64,000 nucleotides of DNA from Geosiphon pyriformis uo1 (taxonomy: Eukaryota > Fungi > Glomeromycota), in contig JAAOMT010000057.1 in assembly GCA_016748015.1 (NCBI GenBank), forward strand, positions 514,763 to 578,762, in the 5' to 3' direction. Below are positions 1 to 14,800 of this stretch, in pieces; the stretch's first letter is position 1; every line of letters begins with the position of its first letter. A model generated the notes under the pieces. That model worked only from the letters and a program-made list of their open reading frames with translations. It did no database searches and was not told where the DNA came from. Position numbers and translations under genes: made by a program.

Positions 1-3000
1 ATTATTCATATCAGAGATTTCAAATTACCCAAGCTAAAAGCCAATTACATTCAAGCTATTAATCTAGTAATAAATAGATTATTTAACTTGGACTCCAAAT
101 TGAAACAATTCAATAATTCTATTAACCAGAAATTAGAAGAATACTTAGTTAACAATTAAGCAATATATTAATCTCTACAATATTGTAACCATTCAGAAAT
201 TTTCAATTAGTTCCAAAATTAGTCATGTTTTTTTTTATCATCTTATTAATTATGGCCACAAAAAATGTGTATCTGCCATAATTGTAATAAATAAAGCCAT
301 TTAAGGATTGATTGCCATGCCAAAATTAATAATCAATAATCGGAAAATCAATATTGAAACCCCAATTACTGATTTTAAACTCCAAATTATTAACCAAATC
401 AAGACCCATATCAATTTTATTACATCCTAATAACACAACAAGCAATATACTCACTATCAATTTATTAGTCTTTAGTATTAGTAATATATTAACTGCAGCC
501 ACAAGTCATCTATAAACCCCAATTATTTCAAACACCACCACAAAACTTATATAAAAACAGAAGCCAAAGGCCAAAGATCATTCAAATTTGACAGAATTAG
601 AGATTGGCAATAGTAATACACCAATTAATTTCCAGTTTATCAAACCAATTATTGGGAACATGACAACAAAATTCAGAAAACCACTATGTCTAAAACCCAA
701 ATATTCAAAACTATTTAAGTCTTTTTATTACACCAGAAAATGTTTTAACCAACAACCAGAAATCAATTAACTTACACTTATCAACAATATTTTATCTGCT
801 ATCATTACAAACAACAAATTGCTCACAGCCATATTTTTTTTCGAACTGAAAGAACCAATAACAATTCTTTTATTTAATAGAGCAGTTTTTAATACTAAAC
901 CAATTACCACTATGTATATCAATGCCAAAGTAGATGGCCAATCTATTAAACTCATTCTTAATAGTGGATCAGCAGACAACATCATCATATAACAATTCAT
1001 GAACCAATTAGGTTGCCAAGTTAATTGAACTGTTAGCATAAGAATAATTATTGCTAATAGAGCAATAAAGACTTCAATTGGTGAAATTAATAACTTTTTC
1101 TTTGAAGTTAATGGCATTATTGCATCAATTAAAGTCCTAATTATGGAAGCCACTTAGTACTAAGTGCTAGTTGATAATGATTGGCTGTCCAAAACCAATA
1201 CTGTACTTAACTAGAATACTCAAAAGCTACAATTCAGTCATAATAATTTGCAAACTTAAATACTTGCTATTTGTGGTCATTTTAAATCATTTACTATGTA
1301 ATTATAGCCACTAATTAAATTTGAAGAAGAAATAAACAAATCTATCTGAGAAGCCTATCAAGTTTTATAAACTGAAAAAAAATACAATAAGTTATCATTC
1401 ATACCAAACTAAGAAGAAAAAAAAATGTTCTAAGCAACCACCTTTACATATACTTTGTACACTACTATTAATCAAAACTAGCCAATCTATTGTTGATCCA
1501 AACTAATTTGTGTTAATTGTAATAAGAAATTGTTAACAATAGGCACATATTGTGGTAACAATAAGAAATGGCCAATAGCAATCAAGTATTATTGTCACCT
1601 ATGTGTTCTTAAACACTTTAAATAATTAAAAAGATAAAGAAAATAAAACAACAAACCATGTCTTGCTTGTAGAAAAACTTTTTTAGACAAAGAAACATGA
1701 AATAACATTCTTGGTTGTAAAAAAATGTGTGCCAAATTATGCTAATACACAATTTTTATCAGTGATTAGATAAAAAGAGGAATGCCAATAGACACTGTTT
1801 GAAGGAGAGCCATAAAATATTTAGATGATTGTTTATACAATAATAATGAAATCTGGTGAATGGCAATTGCCAAAATCGAAAACATGTTTTCAGAAAAAAT
1901 AAAAACAATTAAAACAACACACCAGAACCTAAAAAAATTATTTGGATTTTAAACTCTAATATTATTTTTAATGTTATAGATCTGAAACAATTTTACAAAC
2001 ACTACCAAAAATTAGCACTCACTAGAGAGAAGCAAAAGCAATGCTTAAAACAGCTTAATATCTAACTATGTAATCATTGTTTAATTCTATGTGATTTTTA
2101 GTATTGTAATAATTGTGACATCATTTATAATCCACTATCACAAATAATCTATTCAATCTCCAAAAAAGAAAAACCAATTAGCAAGTGCACAGCCAAATCA
2201 GAATCAAAATTCAATCATGATTTAAACTCCAATGATGACAAAAACAACAGTTTCAACTCTATTTACTATGACAATAACAAAGATAATTCAAACTTCAATT
2301 TAAATTCTAAGCAATATATTGTACTTTCAAATCTATCTATAAAGCAAAAACTAAGATAGTTCAATAATAATAATAAAAGTATTATGCTAGAATGTGTACA
2401 TAATACTAATACAAGATTTGATTTAAAATATTTAGGAAAATATGTCATAATATTAAAGCCTAATATACACACTTGTATTGATTTGAAATTAGCATTAGAA
2501 ATTTTAGCAACAATAATGATTCAATTAGTATTCAGATCTAGTTTAACAAAAAAAGAAATTAGCATCAAAGAAGGAATAATTAATACAGGATATATAGGAA
2601 ATATTATTATAATATTATAAAATAAATTAAAAAAACCATATATAATTGAACCAAATAAAAAAATAGCACAGACCATATTCTTATCTTTGGTAAAAATAGC
2701 TCAATTAGTGTTAGTAAAAACAAGAAAAAAATTAAGAATCACAGCGAAAAAAAAATAGATTCGAATCAATGGGTAGAATAGACATATCAATTAATATGAC
2801 AGAAAAAGAATCAATTAATAAGGGAGAAATTATCTTCACCAATTGATCAGTTTTTATTCTACTATATAACCAGTATATATTAGTAATAGAAAGAAAAATA
2901 AAGAACCAGCTCCAAATTTTTGAAAAAAAATCAACTATTTGTGAATCAAAGAAGATTGAATTACCAATCTCTATATATTGACCAAAAACTATAAACACAT

Positions 3001-3381
3001 CAAAATTCTCATCTATAATACAATAAAACATTATAAAAATACCAAAAAAAACCACCATCAGATATTTAAATACTAAAGTTAAGGACCAACTACTAAACAC
3101 CATTTCAAATTTTTTACAACTGTGTGAATATGTGAATATTATAAACAATATATGGATAAAAAGAATATTATTTGCTCTAACCAGAAAAATTGGACCAAAT
3201 AAACTTGAAAAACTTAAAGCCACTTTAACATATACAACTCAAGATGCTATTCAACAATTTTATTAATATTTTTGCCAATAAAAACGAATTTGGCAGAACT
3301 GATATCATCTAACATTAAATCAAAACAAAAGATACAATGTCAATTAAACAATAAGCATACAAAATACTACCAGTAAGCCAT
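1..3381 (+). mobile_element. Degenerate Ty3/Gypsy internal region (Gag zinc knuckle, protease, Cys-rich domain, dUTPase, start of RT); related to but distinct from family A
   Basis: Plus-strand translation through stops: CHNCNK*SHLRIDC knuckle (~270-320); KLILNSGSA retropepsin motif (~950-975); Cys-rich segment (~1500-1750); dUTPase-like HNTNTRFDLKY/FRSSL/GIINTGYIG/KIAQ (2384-2780). Cut by an LTR at 3382. Confidence 0.8.
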
Positions 3382-4194
3382 TGTTATTCATAAAATATAG
3401 AAATTATATTAACATATAAATTAACCAATCAGAAGTAGATATAGTAAATAAGAAATTTCAGAATTCTTCTTAAAGAAATTGCAGGATTCCAGGAATTCTA
3501 GAATTCTTAGTGCAAAGAATTGAGAAATTAAAGAATCTCAATTATTTATATATAGTAGTAGCATTAAAAGCAGAAAAAACAGACATCTGAGTTCTATTTT
3601 CTAGTTAGCATCCATATATTCACACTATCAATAAATATACTTATTAATTATATTAATTTAGTTGTCTACTATTAACACTTTATGTTAATAGTAATTTATA
3701 CTTAACCATACTAGAACAATAGATCTTAATTATGGCTATTGATAGAATACTAACTTAATTGTCTTGGCTTCATTTTCTGCATTTTTTTTATTTTTTTTTA
3801 TTGTTTCTTGTTGTTTACTAATTGATTAAGGATTAAGTACTGAGTTATTGATGTTAAAAATAGTCTGGTAAAAGACCCAAAAACAAGGGTAGAGAACTTG
3901 AAAATTAAGAATAGCTTACCAGAAGGACATGATTGTTAGAATAAACTAGTCACTATGTTAAAGAAAAAAATTTGATGAAATTGTGATTTCAAAAGACTAC
4001 TGATAAAACAACTATTAAATCTCTGTTTATTATACAAAAAACTCAAACTTAAAACCTTCAGATTAACAAAACCTTCAGATAACAAAAACTTTTAGATCAC
4101 AAAACCTTCAGAAATTATTATTATCATATTAGCTATTAAGCACCAAGTTACAGATTTGTTATTTATTCAAGACTCCAAATAATTACCTGTAATA
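3382..4194 (+). repeat. LTR of Gypsy family B, followed by a PBS-like site and gag start (to 4333)
   Basis: Begins TGTTA and ends GTAATA (decayed GTAACA), followed by TTTGATGCT (decayed TTTGGTGCT). Its 3' half has an inverted homolog at 4334-4760. Confidence 0.7.
4051..4112. repeat. Short tandem repeat (AAAACCTTCAGA core, ~4 units) inside the family B LTR
   Basis: aaaaccttcagat..aaaaccttcagat..aaaacttttagat..aaaaccttcaga; only one unit in the inverted LTR copy. Confidence 0.7.
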
Positions 4195-4333
4195 TTTGAT
4201 GCTTTTTGTGAGATATAATTCAACAGAAAACCAATACCAGTAACTACCATTCAAAACAGTGGCAGAATCAGAAAAAATAAGGACAAACCACTTGGAATTT
4301 GCGAAATTCTTATTCCAGTATTACAAAAACCAT

Positions 4334-4760
4334 TGTTACAGGTAATAGTTGGAGTCTCAAAGCAAATAACAAACCTGTAACTTGGTGCTAAATAAATATA
4401 ATGATGTTGGTTTCTGAAGGTTTTGGTTGAGTTTTTTGTATAATAGACAGAGATTCTAAGGTGGTTTTTTTTAATAATGTTTATGTATTAATTTACAGGT
4501 TATAGTAGTTGTTGTTTGTCGCTTTCTGGAATTACAATTCCATCAATTCTTTTTTCAGTGTAATGGCCGGCAATCTTCTGGTAAGCTATTCTCAAATCTG
4601 AGTGTTCACTCTTATTCCTGGATCTTTTACCAATGTTATATCCTGATGTCAATAATTCAGTACTTTAATCTTTAATTAATTAGAAAAACAAAAAAAAATA
4701 ATAAAGAAAATAAAAAAATAAGCCAAAGCAATTGCAAGTTAATATCTTGTTAATAGCCAT
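4334..4760 (-). repeat. Partial family B LTR in opposite orientation, interrupted by element A1
   Basis: Starts TGTTACAGGT (reverse complement of the LTR-B end) and is reverse-complement similar to ~3730-4194. Confidence 0.7.
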
Positions 4761-5730
4761 TGTTATCAGTAGAATTTAGCTATTAATTAGCATGAAATTA
4801 CCCTTATAATTCCTATTATTAATTAGCTATATTATTATTATTTTGATTATTACTTATTATTTAATCAAATTATTAAATATTATTACTCAATCAATAATCT
4901 AATTTGTACTCTAAAAATTAAGATGATCAAATTACACAATACTCTAAACCATTTAACATAGTCAAAATTCGCCGAAATTAATAAAAATTGGCCGAAATAA
5001 TCAATAGTTCAGTGAAATAACTTGTAGTTTACCAAAATGTATCTTTAGTTTACCCAAATTGTAGCAAAGAGAAAAATGCAAGTTTAAAGACTAGTACTAC
5101 AACAAGTTGTATAAAAGAACAGCTTTTCTCTTCAAGAAAATGTATCCTTTCATAATATCTTAACATAGTATTTTACTTTAGATATCTTAATTGGAACAAA
5201 TCATTTTTTACACATTTCAAATAAAAATTAAATATTCAAAAAACCAATCTTTTGATTATTATACTTGGAATTCTTCCAACACAACTAATGTTTTGAAATT
5301 GATTAGCTACCAATTTCAATAATTTGCTAGTGACTTCAGGCCTAAATAAAAAATGTTTTCCTTGATAAAATTTTATTTCTTTTATATTTCTTTTATTTTT
5401 CTTTTCTTTTCTTATTATAATCATTAAGATACTCTACAAACAAAATTTTTGTAGAAGAGTTGACTTTTACAGCAAAGTAACTACATATTTTTAGTAAGCT
5501 TTCAGATAAGCAATTCTTGGAAAAGAGTTGATGTTTACTACAATGTAACTACATAAAATAACTGGCAAGAAATTGGCCATTCTATTTATAAGCCCAGCAG
5601 TTCAAATTATAGGAGATAATTTGAAGATAAATTCAGTTATTGGAAGTCCAACTACTTCCTGAAAACATGAATTCACAGCAAATTAACATTAATAACATTA
5701 AAAAAAAGAGACAAAAAACCTCTGGTAATA
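4761..5730 (+). repeat. 5' LTR of A1 (970 bp)
   Basis: TGTTATCAG...TGGTAATA termini; homologous to 9619-10588, 17437-18388, 22724-23636 and 31613-32591. Confidence 0.92.
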
Positions 5731-5745
5731 TTTGGTGCTCTTCTA
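5731..5745 (+). promoter_or_regulatory. Primer-binding site of A1
   Basis: TTTGGTGCTCTTC directly after the LTR (TGG pairs with tRNA CCA). The same motif follows the 5' LTRs of A2 (ends 17436) and A3 (ends 31612). Confidence 0.75.
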
Positions 5746-5775
5746 TAAAAATAACACAGCAATAACAACTTTAAA

Positions 5776-8700
5776 ATGGTGACCACACCAAACACAACAA
5801 CTTTAAAGTATTATTAATCAATTTACACCCATTGCAAACAGAGATTTAACATTCAAGACGGAATTGAAATTGTTAAAAGGACACTTTACTAATACATTAA
5901 AAACCATATTAACAATTATCTTCTTGGAAATTACAACATTTCAGAAATTAAAAGCAACCTCTACAATAATTTAGTGCACTATTCACAATTGGGAACTGAA
6001 GATCTTAACAGTGAAACACTTGTCACCTACTTCTAAGAACTTAATTTTAACATTATCAAGTATTGTAAAAAAACATATCTAGTACAGTCTAAATACTCTA
6101 TCAATTTTGAATCAGAAACAAAAACAAGCAACAAAAGCAAACAAAAACTGAAACAACACTCAAGTACGACTCCAAATACTCCAAAAACACCAAAGACAAC
6201 TACCAAACACTTACAAACACCTGAACAAGAAACCAGTATCAAATTACCACTTTCTATTACACCATTTTCAATTTCACTTGTTTAACCACAAATACCAAAT
6301 TCACTATTTAATCATTTTTTTAGACCAGAAGACTTTCAGTTACCTAAAAATCTTACTTAACAGCAGAAACCAATATTAACCAGCACTAATATTATTGATT
6401 ACTTACAAGAAAACAAAAGTAATCATTCAAAGAACTTAGAAAATAAGAAAACCGAATCAGAACAAAAAGAAACTACAGAAAACAAAGAAGAAATGACAAC
6501 TGCTTACATTGCAAAAATTCCAGAATTTACTGGTGAAGATAATAATACCAGTTCTCAAGAATGACTTGACAAAATTCAGAAAACAAGAGAGGCAAATGGT
6601 TGGAACACAGCAAAAATGCTTAAAACAATCTTATACTTTCTCTAAGAAACTGCAAAAGAATGGTTTGAAAACTTAGAAAAACCATTTGGAAACTAGCAAG
6701 TATTTAAAAATGCATTCTTACAATAATTTATTAACAACAACACCTCTATTACTCTCCATAATCACTTTCATAATATTAAACAAGAAACATCTGAAACTGT
6801 CATGACTTATTTTGGAAGATTCAATAAACTTCTTAGACGAATTTAACAATTAGAAACCAATAACTACTATTCTAATGTCCAGATTCTGGACAATTCATAG
6901 CAGAATTAAAAGACAAACTTATTAAAAAAGTTTGTTCACATGCTCCAAAAGACTTAACCATTGCCATTAGACATGCAAAAAACTATAAAATAGCAATGGA
7001 AGAAGCAAACCACACCAAACTTGTCAACTTAGCTATTGGAGAAACCAGCTCAACAGCTGAAAAAAAAATAAACCAACTCACAAAAAAGGTTGAAAACTAT
7101 TTTACAAACCAACAACAACAACAGCAACAATAACTACAAAGATATCAACCACCACAATGACACAACCAAAACAATTTTGGATCACCATCTACCAACCAAC
7201 CTCAAAATTGTCATTATTGTAGAATCTCAGAACACTGGAAACAAGATTGCAGGAAATTGCAAAGAGACCAACAAAACAGGAATAATTAATGTTACTCTTC
7301 ACTACAACAATCTTATTACCAATCCCCACTACCAATTTATTACTTACCAAGACCACAAAATTAAAACAATTACTATCAACCAGCTCCACAACCAATGTAG
7401 CAACAATATCAGCAATCTTTACCAATTCAGCAATATCAAATACCATCCACTCAACAATATCAAGTACTAGCCAGAAAATTGGTCCAACAAAATTAATTTA
7501 CACTACAAAACCGTTTTTTAACAAACCACAATAGATTTAACCCCAATAATCAACTAGTTCTCCAAAATTCTGTTCAACAAAGACCTACTCAGTTTTACAC
7601 TCAACTCAGTTATTTAACAATACAAAAAAAATCGGATTTTCAACAAACTGCACTTTCTAAAGGTGAAGTTGTAGCACCAAAATCAAATCCTTCCAACAAT
7701 ACTATTTCACTAACCCAAAATGCCAACCTTTTAAATATATTTTCATTCGAATTTGAAGCAAATGAATCACCATTCTTGCTTAGCAATGCAACAGTTAATG
7801 AGCAAAAAGCTATTACTGCCATGTATACTGAAGCTACAATAGAAAAAAAGCCTATTCAATTAATTCTAGACAGTGGATCCATTGGAAGTATCATTACCTA
7901 CCAATTAATGCAATAACTCAATCAAAATGTCAACAGACCAGCCCAAACAGTAATTGTTACAGCAGATGGCATGAAAAAGACACCAGTAGAAGAAATTAAC
8001 AATTTCTCATTTACTATCGATGGAATCACCATTTCAGTTAAAGTTTTAGTTATGGATGCACCCCAATACTAAGCTCTTGTTAGAAACAATTGGCTTCTTA
8101 AGGCCAATGCAAACTTAGACTGAGAAACTCAGGAACTAAAAATCTCATACCAAAAACAATACATCATAGTACCTACTACTTGTGATACTTTCAACAAATG
8201 ATCAGAAAAAGCCCCAGTATTTGAATTTGAGAAGAAAAAAAAAATGCCACTTACTGAAACCTATATGGCTTTTGGATCAACATCCAATTGGGCTAAGGAA
8301 ACAGAACAAAAGATTTTTGAAGAAACCAGAAAATGGAAGAAGGTTCAGTATTTTACACCAGAACCACGAAAAAAACCACCATACATTTCATTAAAATGCA
8401 AAGATTGCAAAAAAAAGCTTTTATCTATGGGAGTCTGTATTTTTTCAGAGGAGGAATATAAAACTCATACCAGCTAATTTTGCAAAACATACCATAAAAA
8501 ATGATTTGGATCCCCAAAAAAAAATAGAAAATAAGACAATACATCTTGTCTCACATGTGGAGATATGCTACTAGAAGAATACAACTGGATTAATGTTGCA
8601 ATAAGAAGAGGAGTATGTAATCAAACCTGTCAATATGTTCTATTAATTTCGGAAAAAGTCAGAAGAAGAACACCATTTGATGCAGCATACTACAGTGCTT

Positions 8701-9618
8701 TTAATAAACTCTACCACTATCCTCATAATGCTGAAATGATTTTTGACTTAACAATAGCATTAATCAATAGAGCCACCCAAGAAGATGTCTGCCAAATAAA
8801 AGAAGCTGAATACATTAAGTATACTATAGAATTAGCTGAATTTAATTATGAAGATAAAGTAGAAACCTACCACCAAATTGCAAGTCATACATACCCAACC
8901 AAAGAAGTTCAAATTCAACAATTAGAGCAAATGAACATTCAATTATATGAAGAATGTGTTATGTCTTGTGATGACCAATGGTGTTTAGAATACTATGCTC
9001 TTAACATTTTTATGCCAGAGGAGAATAATAAAAATGAAATCGAATTTGGAGTATTTGAATTGGTAGAAGAACTACCAATCACCCCTATCTATTTTCTTGA
9101 AAATCAACCACCTTTACAACTTAAATATTACAACAACCATGGCCAAGGAATCAGACCAGAAAAAACACACGAGATTAATGCTGGATATGATTTAAAATAC
9201 CCAGAAAAAGATACTTTGGTTCTCTAATCAAAGTCTTTAACAAAAATCAATCTCAAAATTGCTCTTAAAATTCCACCTGAAGCAATGATTTAAATTGCAT
9301 CTAGATTATTATTGGCAAGCAAAGGAATCAATATTAAAGGAAAAGTCATAGATGCAAGATATACTGGAGACATTACCATCATGTTGCAGAATAAAACAGA
9401 CAAACTATTTAGAATTAAACATGATGAAAAGATTGCCCAAGCAATTTATCTACTCTTAATCAACATTTCGGGTTTACAATCAGTTAACAACAAAGAACAA
9501 TTGGAAAAAAGTAAAAGAGAAATGCAAGATTTTGGTTCAACTGGATGATTTACAGTAATAAACATAGCTCTCAATGCACAGAATAAATTTCACCAGATTT
9601 TTTAACTTCCCCAACCAA
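5776..9618 (+). pseudogene. A1 gag-pol, 5' part (Gag CA, CCHC knuckle, aspartic protease, Cys-rich domain, dUTPase)
   Basis: AKIPEFTGED..QE capsid start; CHYCRISEHWKQDC knuckle (~7208-7260); LILDSGS (~7860); dUTPase INAGYDL / VIDARYTG / KIAQ / DFGSTG (9175-9546). Many premature stops. Confidence 0.88.
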
Positions 9619-10588
9619 TATTACTGAAGGTTTTTGGTCTCTTTTTTTGAATGTTGTTAATGTTAATTTGCTGTGAATTCACATTTTTAGGAAGTAGTTG
9701 GACTTCCAATAACTGAATTTATCTTCAAATTATCTCCTATAATTTGAACTGCTGGGCTTATAAATGGAATGGCCAATTTTATGCCAGTTGCTTTGTGTAA
9801 TTACATTGTAATAAACATCAACTTTTTTCCAGAAATTGTTCATCTGGAAGCTCACTAAAAATGTGTAGTTACTTTGCTGTGAAAGTCAACTCTTTTACAG
9901 AAATCTTGTTTGTAAGCTACCTTAATAATTGTAATAAGAAAATAAAAAAAAATAAAAGAAATGTAAAAGAAATAAAATTTTGTCAATGGAAACGTTTTCT
10001 ATCCAGGCCTGGAGTCACTAACAGTTTACTGAAATTGGTAGCTAATCAATTTCAAAACGTTTGTTGTGTTAAGGGAATTCCAAGTGTAATAATTTAAGAA
10101 TTTGGTTTTCGAATATTTAATTTTTATTTGATTTTGTAAAAGGTGATTTGTTTCAATTAAGATATCTAAAATAAGATACTATAATAAGATACTAAGAGAA
10201 GATACATTTTTTTGAAGAGAGAAGCTCTTCTTTTATACAACTTGTTGTAGTACTAGTCTTTAAACTTGTACTTTTCTGTTTGCTATAATTTGGGTAAACT
10301 AAAGATACATTTTGGTAAACTACAAGTTATTTCACTAAACTATTAATTATTTCGGCGAATTTTCATTAATTTCGGCGAATTTTGACTATGTTAAATGGTT
10401 CAAGGTATTGTGTAATTTGATCATCTTAATTTCTAGAGTACAAATCGGATTATTGATTGAGTAATGATATTTGATAATTTGATTAAATAATAAGTAATAA
10501 TCAAAATAATAATAATATATGCTAATTAATAATAGGAATTATAAGGGTAATTTCATGCTAATTAATAGCTAGAATTCTATTGATAACA
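9619..10588 (-). repeat. 3' LTR of A2
   Basis: Homology to 17437-18388; preceded on the minus strand by the PPT GAGGAGGAAA-TTA. Confidence 0.93.
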
Positions 10589-11276
10589 TAATTTCCTCCT
10601 CAAGACTGAGCTCCATCAAAGTCCAAACACTATCTGTAATATTAAGATAGTGGTCCAAGATAATTGAAGTAATCTGGTCTGAAAATTGTTGAAATTTCAG
10701 TTTTGTGAGCTTTTCAATGTATTGAATCTTTATTAAATGGAATATTGGGTTTTATAGGACGTTTTTACAAGTGTTAAATAAATCATAGAGTCTAAATGCT
10801 GTTCTAAGTTTGTAGCAAGTATTTGTTGGTCCAGCTGTTGTCTTGAATTCATTGTGAATTTGTTTTTGTATAGTCTTAGGAGTAATGTTAGTTGCTTTAA
10901 GTTCTAGTTTTTGTTCATAAAGTGTTTTTCCAATATGAAAATATCTATATATAAGGGTATGTTCATTGTTCTGTTCATTAAGAAATAATAAAAGTTTTTG
11001 TTGTATTGTGGTATTTGGTAGAATGTTAATAAGGACAGATAAAAAGTTTTCTTTTAGTGCTTGCTTCAAAAGTTCTGGCAATTGATTTTCAGAGTAACTT
11101 TTTGTTTTTCTTCTATAGAGGTGATAATTCTGAGAATTATTTACTACTGGGACTGTGGTTTCTTTCTGAATGTAATTAATTTGACTTCCATTAATCGTTA
11201 TGGATAAATCAGAAAGTGTTTTCAAAGCTAACATTAATTTTTGGAATATTTGTTGAATATTTTGGGGAATAATCAT
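10569..11276 (-). pseudogene. A2 ORF3, unknown ~235-aa protein
   Basis: MIIPQNIQQ...RLYDLFNTC, homologous to 21760-22462 and 23617-24324. Confidence 0.8.
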
Positions 11277-11439
11277 AATAAAAATAACTAACTAATAAAC
11301 AAAATTTGAAAAAGAATAAAGAAAATTATTTTTGGATATAGGGTTTTTATTTGTTTTTGTGTTTGAATATTTCTTCTAATTATTTACTATTTTTGATTTA
11401 TGTTTTGTGTATTTTAAAAGGGTTTGTGAAAATGTTAAA

Positions 11440-11755
11440 TTAAGTGTTTAAGTTTGGTTGTTGTTCTATTATAATTATTGGTTCTAAATTTTGAAGAATA
11501 TCTTTAGGATTAATTAAAGGGGAATATGTACCAATTTGTGAAATTAATGGTTCAGAATTGTTTTTTTTTATTCTTTTGTACTAATCTGAATGATTGGTTT
11601 GAATTTCTGTGATTTTTGTAATAAATTTTGTTGTAGTGTATGAAATATTGTTTGAATTGGTATTGTAATTGATGTTTTTTACTTGGAAACCAATTTTCTG
11701 GTATGGTAAGAGTCTCTAAATAGTTTTTAAGATTGTTGTAATTTTTGGAATCTAT
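11440..11755 (-). pseudogene. A2 integrase remnant (N- and C-terminal stubs only)
   Basis: The N-terminal segment joins directly to the C-terminal tail at ~11558-11568; HHCC, DDE and GPY/F are missing relative to A1 and A3. Confidence 0.8.
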
Positions 11756-11811
11756 TGTTGTTTTGTTATTTGTTAGTAGATTGATAAGTTGTAGTGAATT
11801 TATTAGTGTTA

Positions 11812-14800
11812 TTAATTTTGTCTTATTCTTAAGAGACTATCAACATTGGTGTGTAATTTTCTTGGTTTGTGGTATACAATATATTTGTAATCTGCTAGGA
11901 AATCATTCCATCAAGACTGTTTGGCACTTTGTTCAGTTTTCTTCTTATTGAGCCATTTGAGACTAATATTGTTAGTTATAATGTCAAATTTTTTTCCATT
12001 CTTCAGATATTGTTAAAAATGTTTAAGAGCCCAAATGACTATGACAGTTTCTAATTCAGTTGAATCATATTTGAGTTCTGTTGGCTTGAATGTTCTACTG
12101 GAATAAGCAATAACTTGTTCTTGGCCATTTTCATCTAATTATGATAAAATGGCACCAAATGCTATATGTAAGGCATCAGTGGCTAGTTGGAACTGTTTGT
12201 TGAAATCTGGATAAGCAAAAACTGGGGCTGTTATCAATTTTGTTTTGAGAGTTTCAAAAGCTTTTTGTTGTTTTTCAGTCTATTGATATGGCACATTTTT
12301 GTTAGTAAGCTAGTTAAGTGGTTTGGCAATTTCTGAGAATTTTTTTATGAATTTTTGATAGTAGAAGACTAATCCTACAAATTCTCATAGCTCTGTGGTA
12401 TTTTTGGGAGTTTGAAAGTTTTTGACAGCACTGATTGTTCTAGAGTTTGGTTTGACTCTATCTTTGCTAACAATATATTCAAGAAAAATTAAACTTGTTT
12501 TTCCAAAGTAACATTTCTCAATGTTCAACTTTAATCCTGTTTTCTGTAATTATTGAAAAACTTCTTGCAGGTGAATGAAATAGGCTTCAAAACTTGATAA
12601 GTATACAACAGTGTTATCAAGATAGACAACTACTAATTGCCATAAGAGTCTTTTATATATAACATTCATAAGTTGCTAAAATGTTGTTGGTGCATTGCAA
12701 AGTTCAAAAGGCATAACATTGAACTCATAATTTCTTCTTTGAGTGGTGAATGCTGTTTTGGATCGATCTTTTGGGTCCATTTCAACTTGCCAGTATCTAC
12801 TTTTTAAGTCTAAAGTTAAGAAAAACTTGGCTTTTCCTAAGGCATCTAGCATATCATTAATTCTTGGAAGAAGGTAGGCATCTCCAATTGTCATGCTATT
12901 GAGCTGACAATAATCTACACAGAATCTGATTTTTTCGTTTTTCTTTTTAACAAGAATTATTGATAAGGTTCAAGAACTTCTTAATGATTGAATCAATTTA
13001 TTATTGAGCATTTTTTGGACCTCTTCTCTGATAAATTGGTGGCTAGCAGGTGGAATTCAATAGACTTGTTGTCATTTTGGTAAAGCATTTTCTGTATGGA
13101 TCTAATGTTAAACAATATCAGTTTTTCTAAGGTTATTGTTGTTTTTTGGAAATATATCTGCAAATTCAGCTATTAGTTGTTTCAATTGTCTTTGTTGTTG
13201 GAATTCTAAGAAACTCATGTTGATTTGAGAGAGTTTTTCTTCCAATAAGTGATAGTTTTCAGTAATAGGAGTGATGTTTGGATTTGGAAGTAGAGTATGT
13301 CTTATAATTTTGATGAAATTAAAAACAATTTGAGGGTTTTTATCTTGGAAGATATTGCTGTGTATGATTCCAATTTCCAATTTATTTAATAAAACAATAG
13401 GGTAATTATTGGGATTGTAGAATGTAACTCAAAATTTTTTCATTTTTTTAGGAATATAAACGTTTGGGATTGAGATTTCATGCTTTAAACAGATTTATTT
13501 ATCGGATTCAAAAATTTGTTGGGTAGTAGTGGGTTTTAAGCAAGTGTAAATTTCGTGATGTTCACCAAAAAGTAAAATAGTAATTGGTTGAGGAAGTTGA
13601 AGAATCTGGTGAGATTTATTCTGTGCATTGAGAGCTATGTTTACTGGCACTGTAAATTGTCCAGTTGAACCAAAACCTTGAGTTTTTTTTTCACTTTTTT
13701 CCAATTGTTCTCTGTTTTTAATTGATTGTAAACTCGAAATATTGATTAAGAGTAGGTAAATTGCTTGGGCAATTTTTTCAGCATGTTCAATCCTAAATGG
13801 TTTGTCTGTTTTATTCTGTAACATAATAGTAATGTCTCCAGTATATTCTGCATTTATGACTCCTTTTCTAACATTGATTCTTTTGCTTGTCAATGATGAT
13901 CTGAATGCAATTTGAACTATTGCTCTAGATAGAATTTTAAGAGTGATTCTGAGATTGATTTTTGTTAAGAACTTTGGTTGGAGAACCAAAGTATCTTTTC
14001 CTGAGTAGCTTAAATTATATCCAGCATCAATTTTATGTGCTTTTTCTGGTCTGATTCCTTGACCATAGTTGTCGAAATATTTAAGTTGTAGAGGTGGTTG
14101 ATTTTCAAAAAGATAGATGAGAGTGGTTGGTAGTTTTTTTACCAGTTTAGATACTCCAAATTCGATTTCATTTTCATCATTTTTATCTGGCATAAGAATG
14201 CTAAGAGCATAGCATTCTAAACACTATTGGTTATCACAAGACATAACACATTCTTCACATAATTGAATATTCATTTGCTCTAATTGTTGAATTTAAGCTT
14301 CTTTGGTTGGGTATGTATGACTTGCAATTTGGTGGTAGGTTTCTACTTTATCTTTATAATCAAATCCAGTTAATTCCATGGTATACTCAATGTATTCAGC
14401 TTCTTTCATTTGGTAGACATTTTCTTGGGTGGCTCTATTAATTAATGCTATTGCTAAGTCAAAAATCATTTCAGCATCATAAGGATAGTAATACAGTTTG
14501 TTGAGAGCACTGTTGTATGCTGCATTAAATGGAGTTCCTTTTTTCACTTTTTCCGAAATTGATAGGGCATATTGGCAGATTTGGTCACATACTTCTTTTC
14601 TCATTACAACATTAATCTAGTTGTATTTTTCTGGTAGTATATCTCTACATGTAAGGCATGAGGTGTTGTTCTATTTTCCACTTCTTTTTGGAGATCCAAA
14701 TTGTTTTCTATGGTATGCTTTGCAAAGTAGCAGGTGCAAGTTTCATATTCCTCTTTTGGAAAAATACATGCTCTTATTGATGAAAGCTTTTTCTTGCAAT

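Noticed and set aside
7189-7446. Recurrent antisense ORFs (MVFDIAELVK... at 7189, 15758, 29902; also 767-1153, 2732-3223, 6033-6242)
   Set aside because: Shadows of Gln/Asn-rich or otherwise biased gag-pol sequence; they recur only because the element is repeated.
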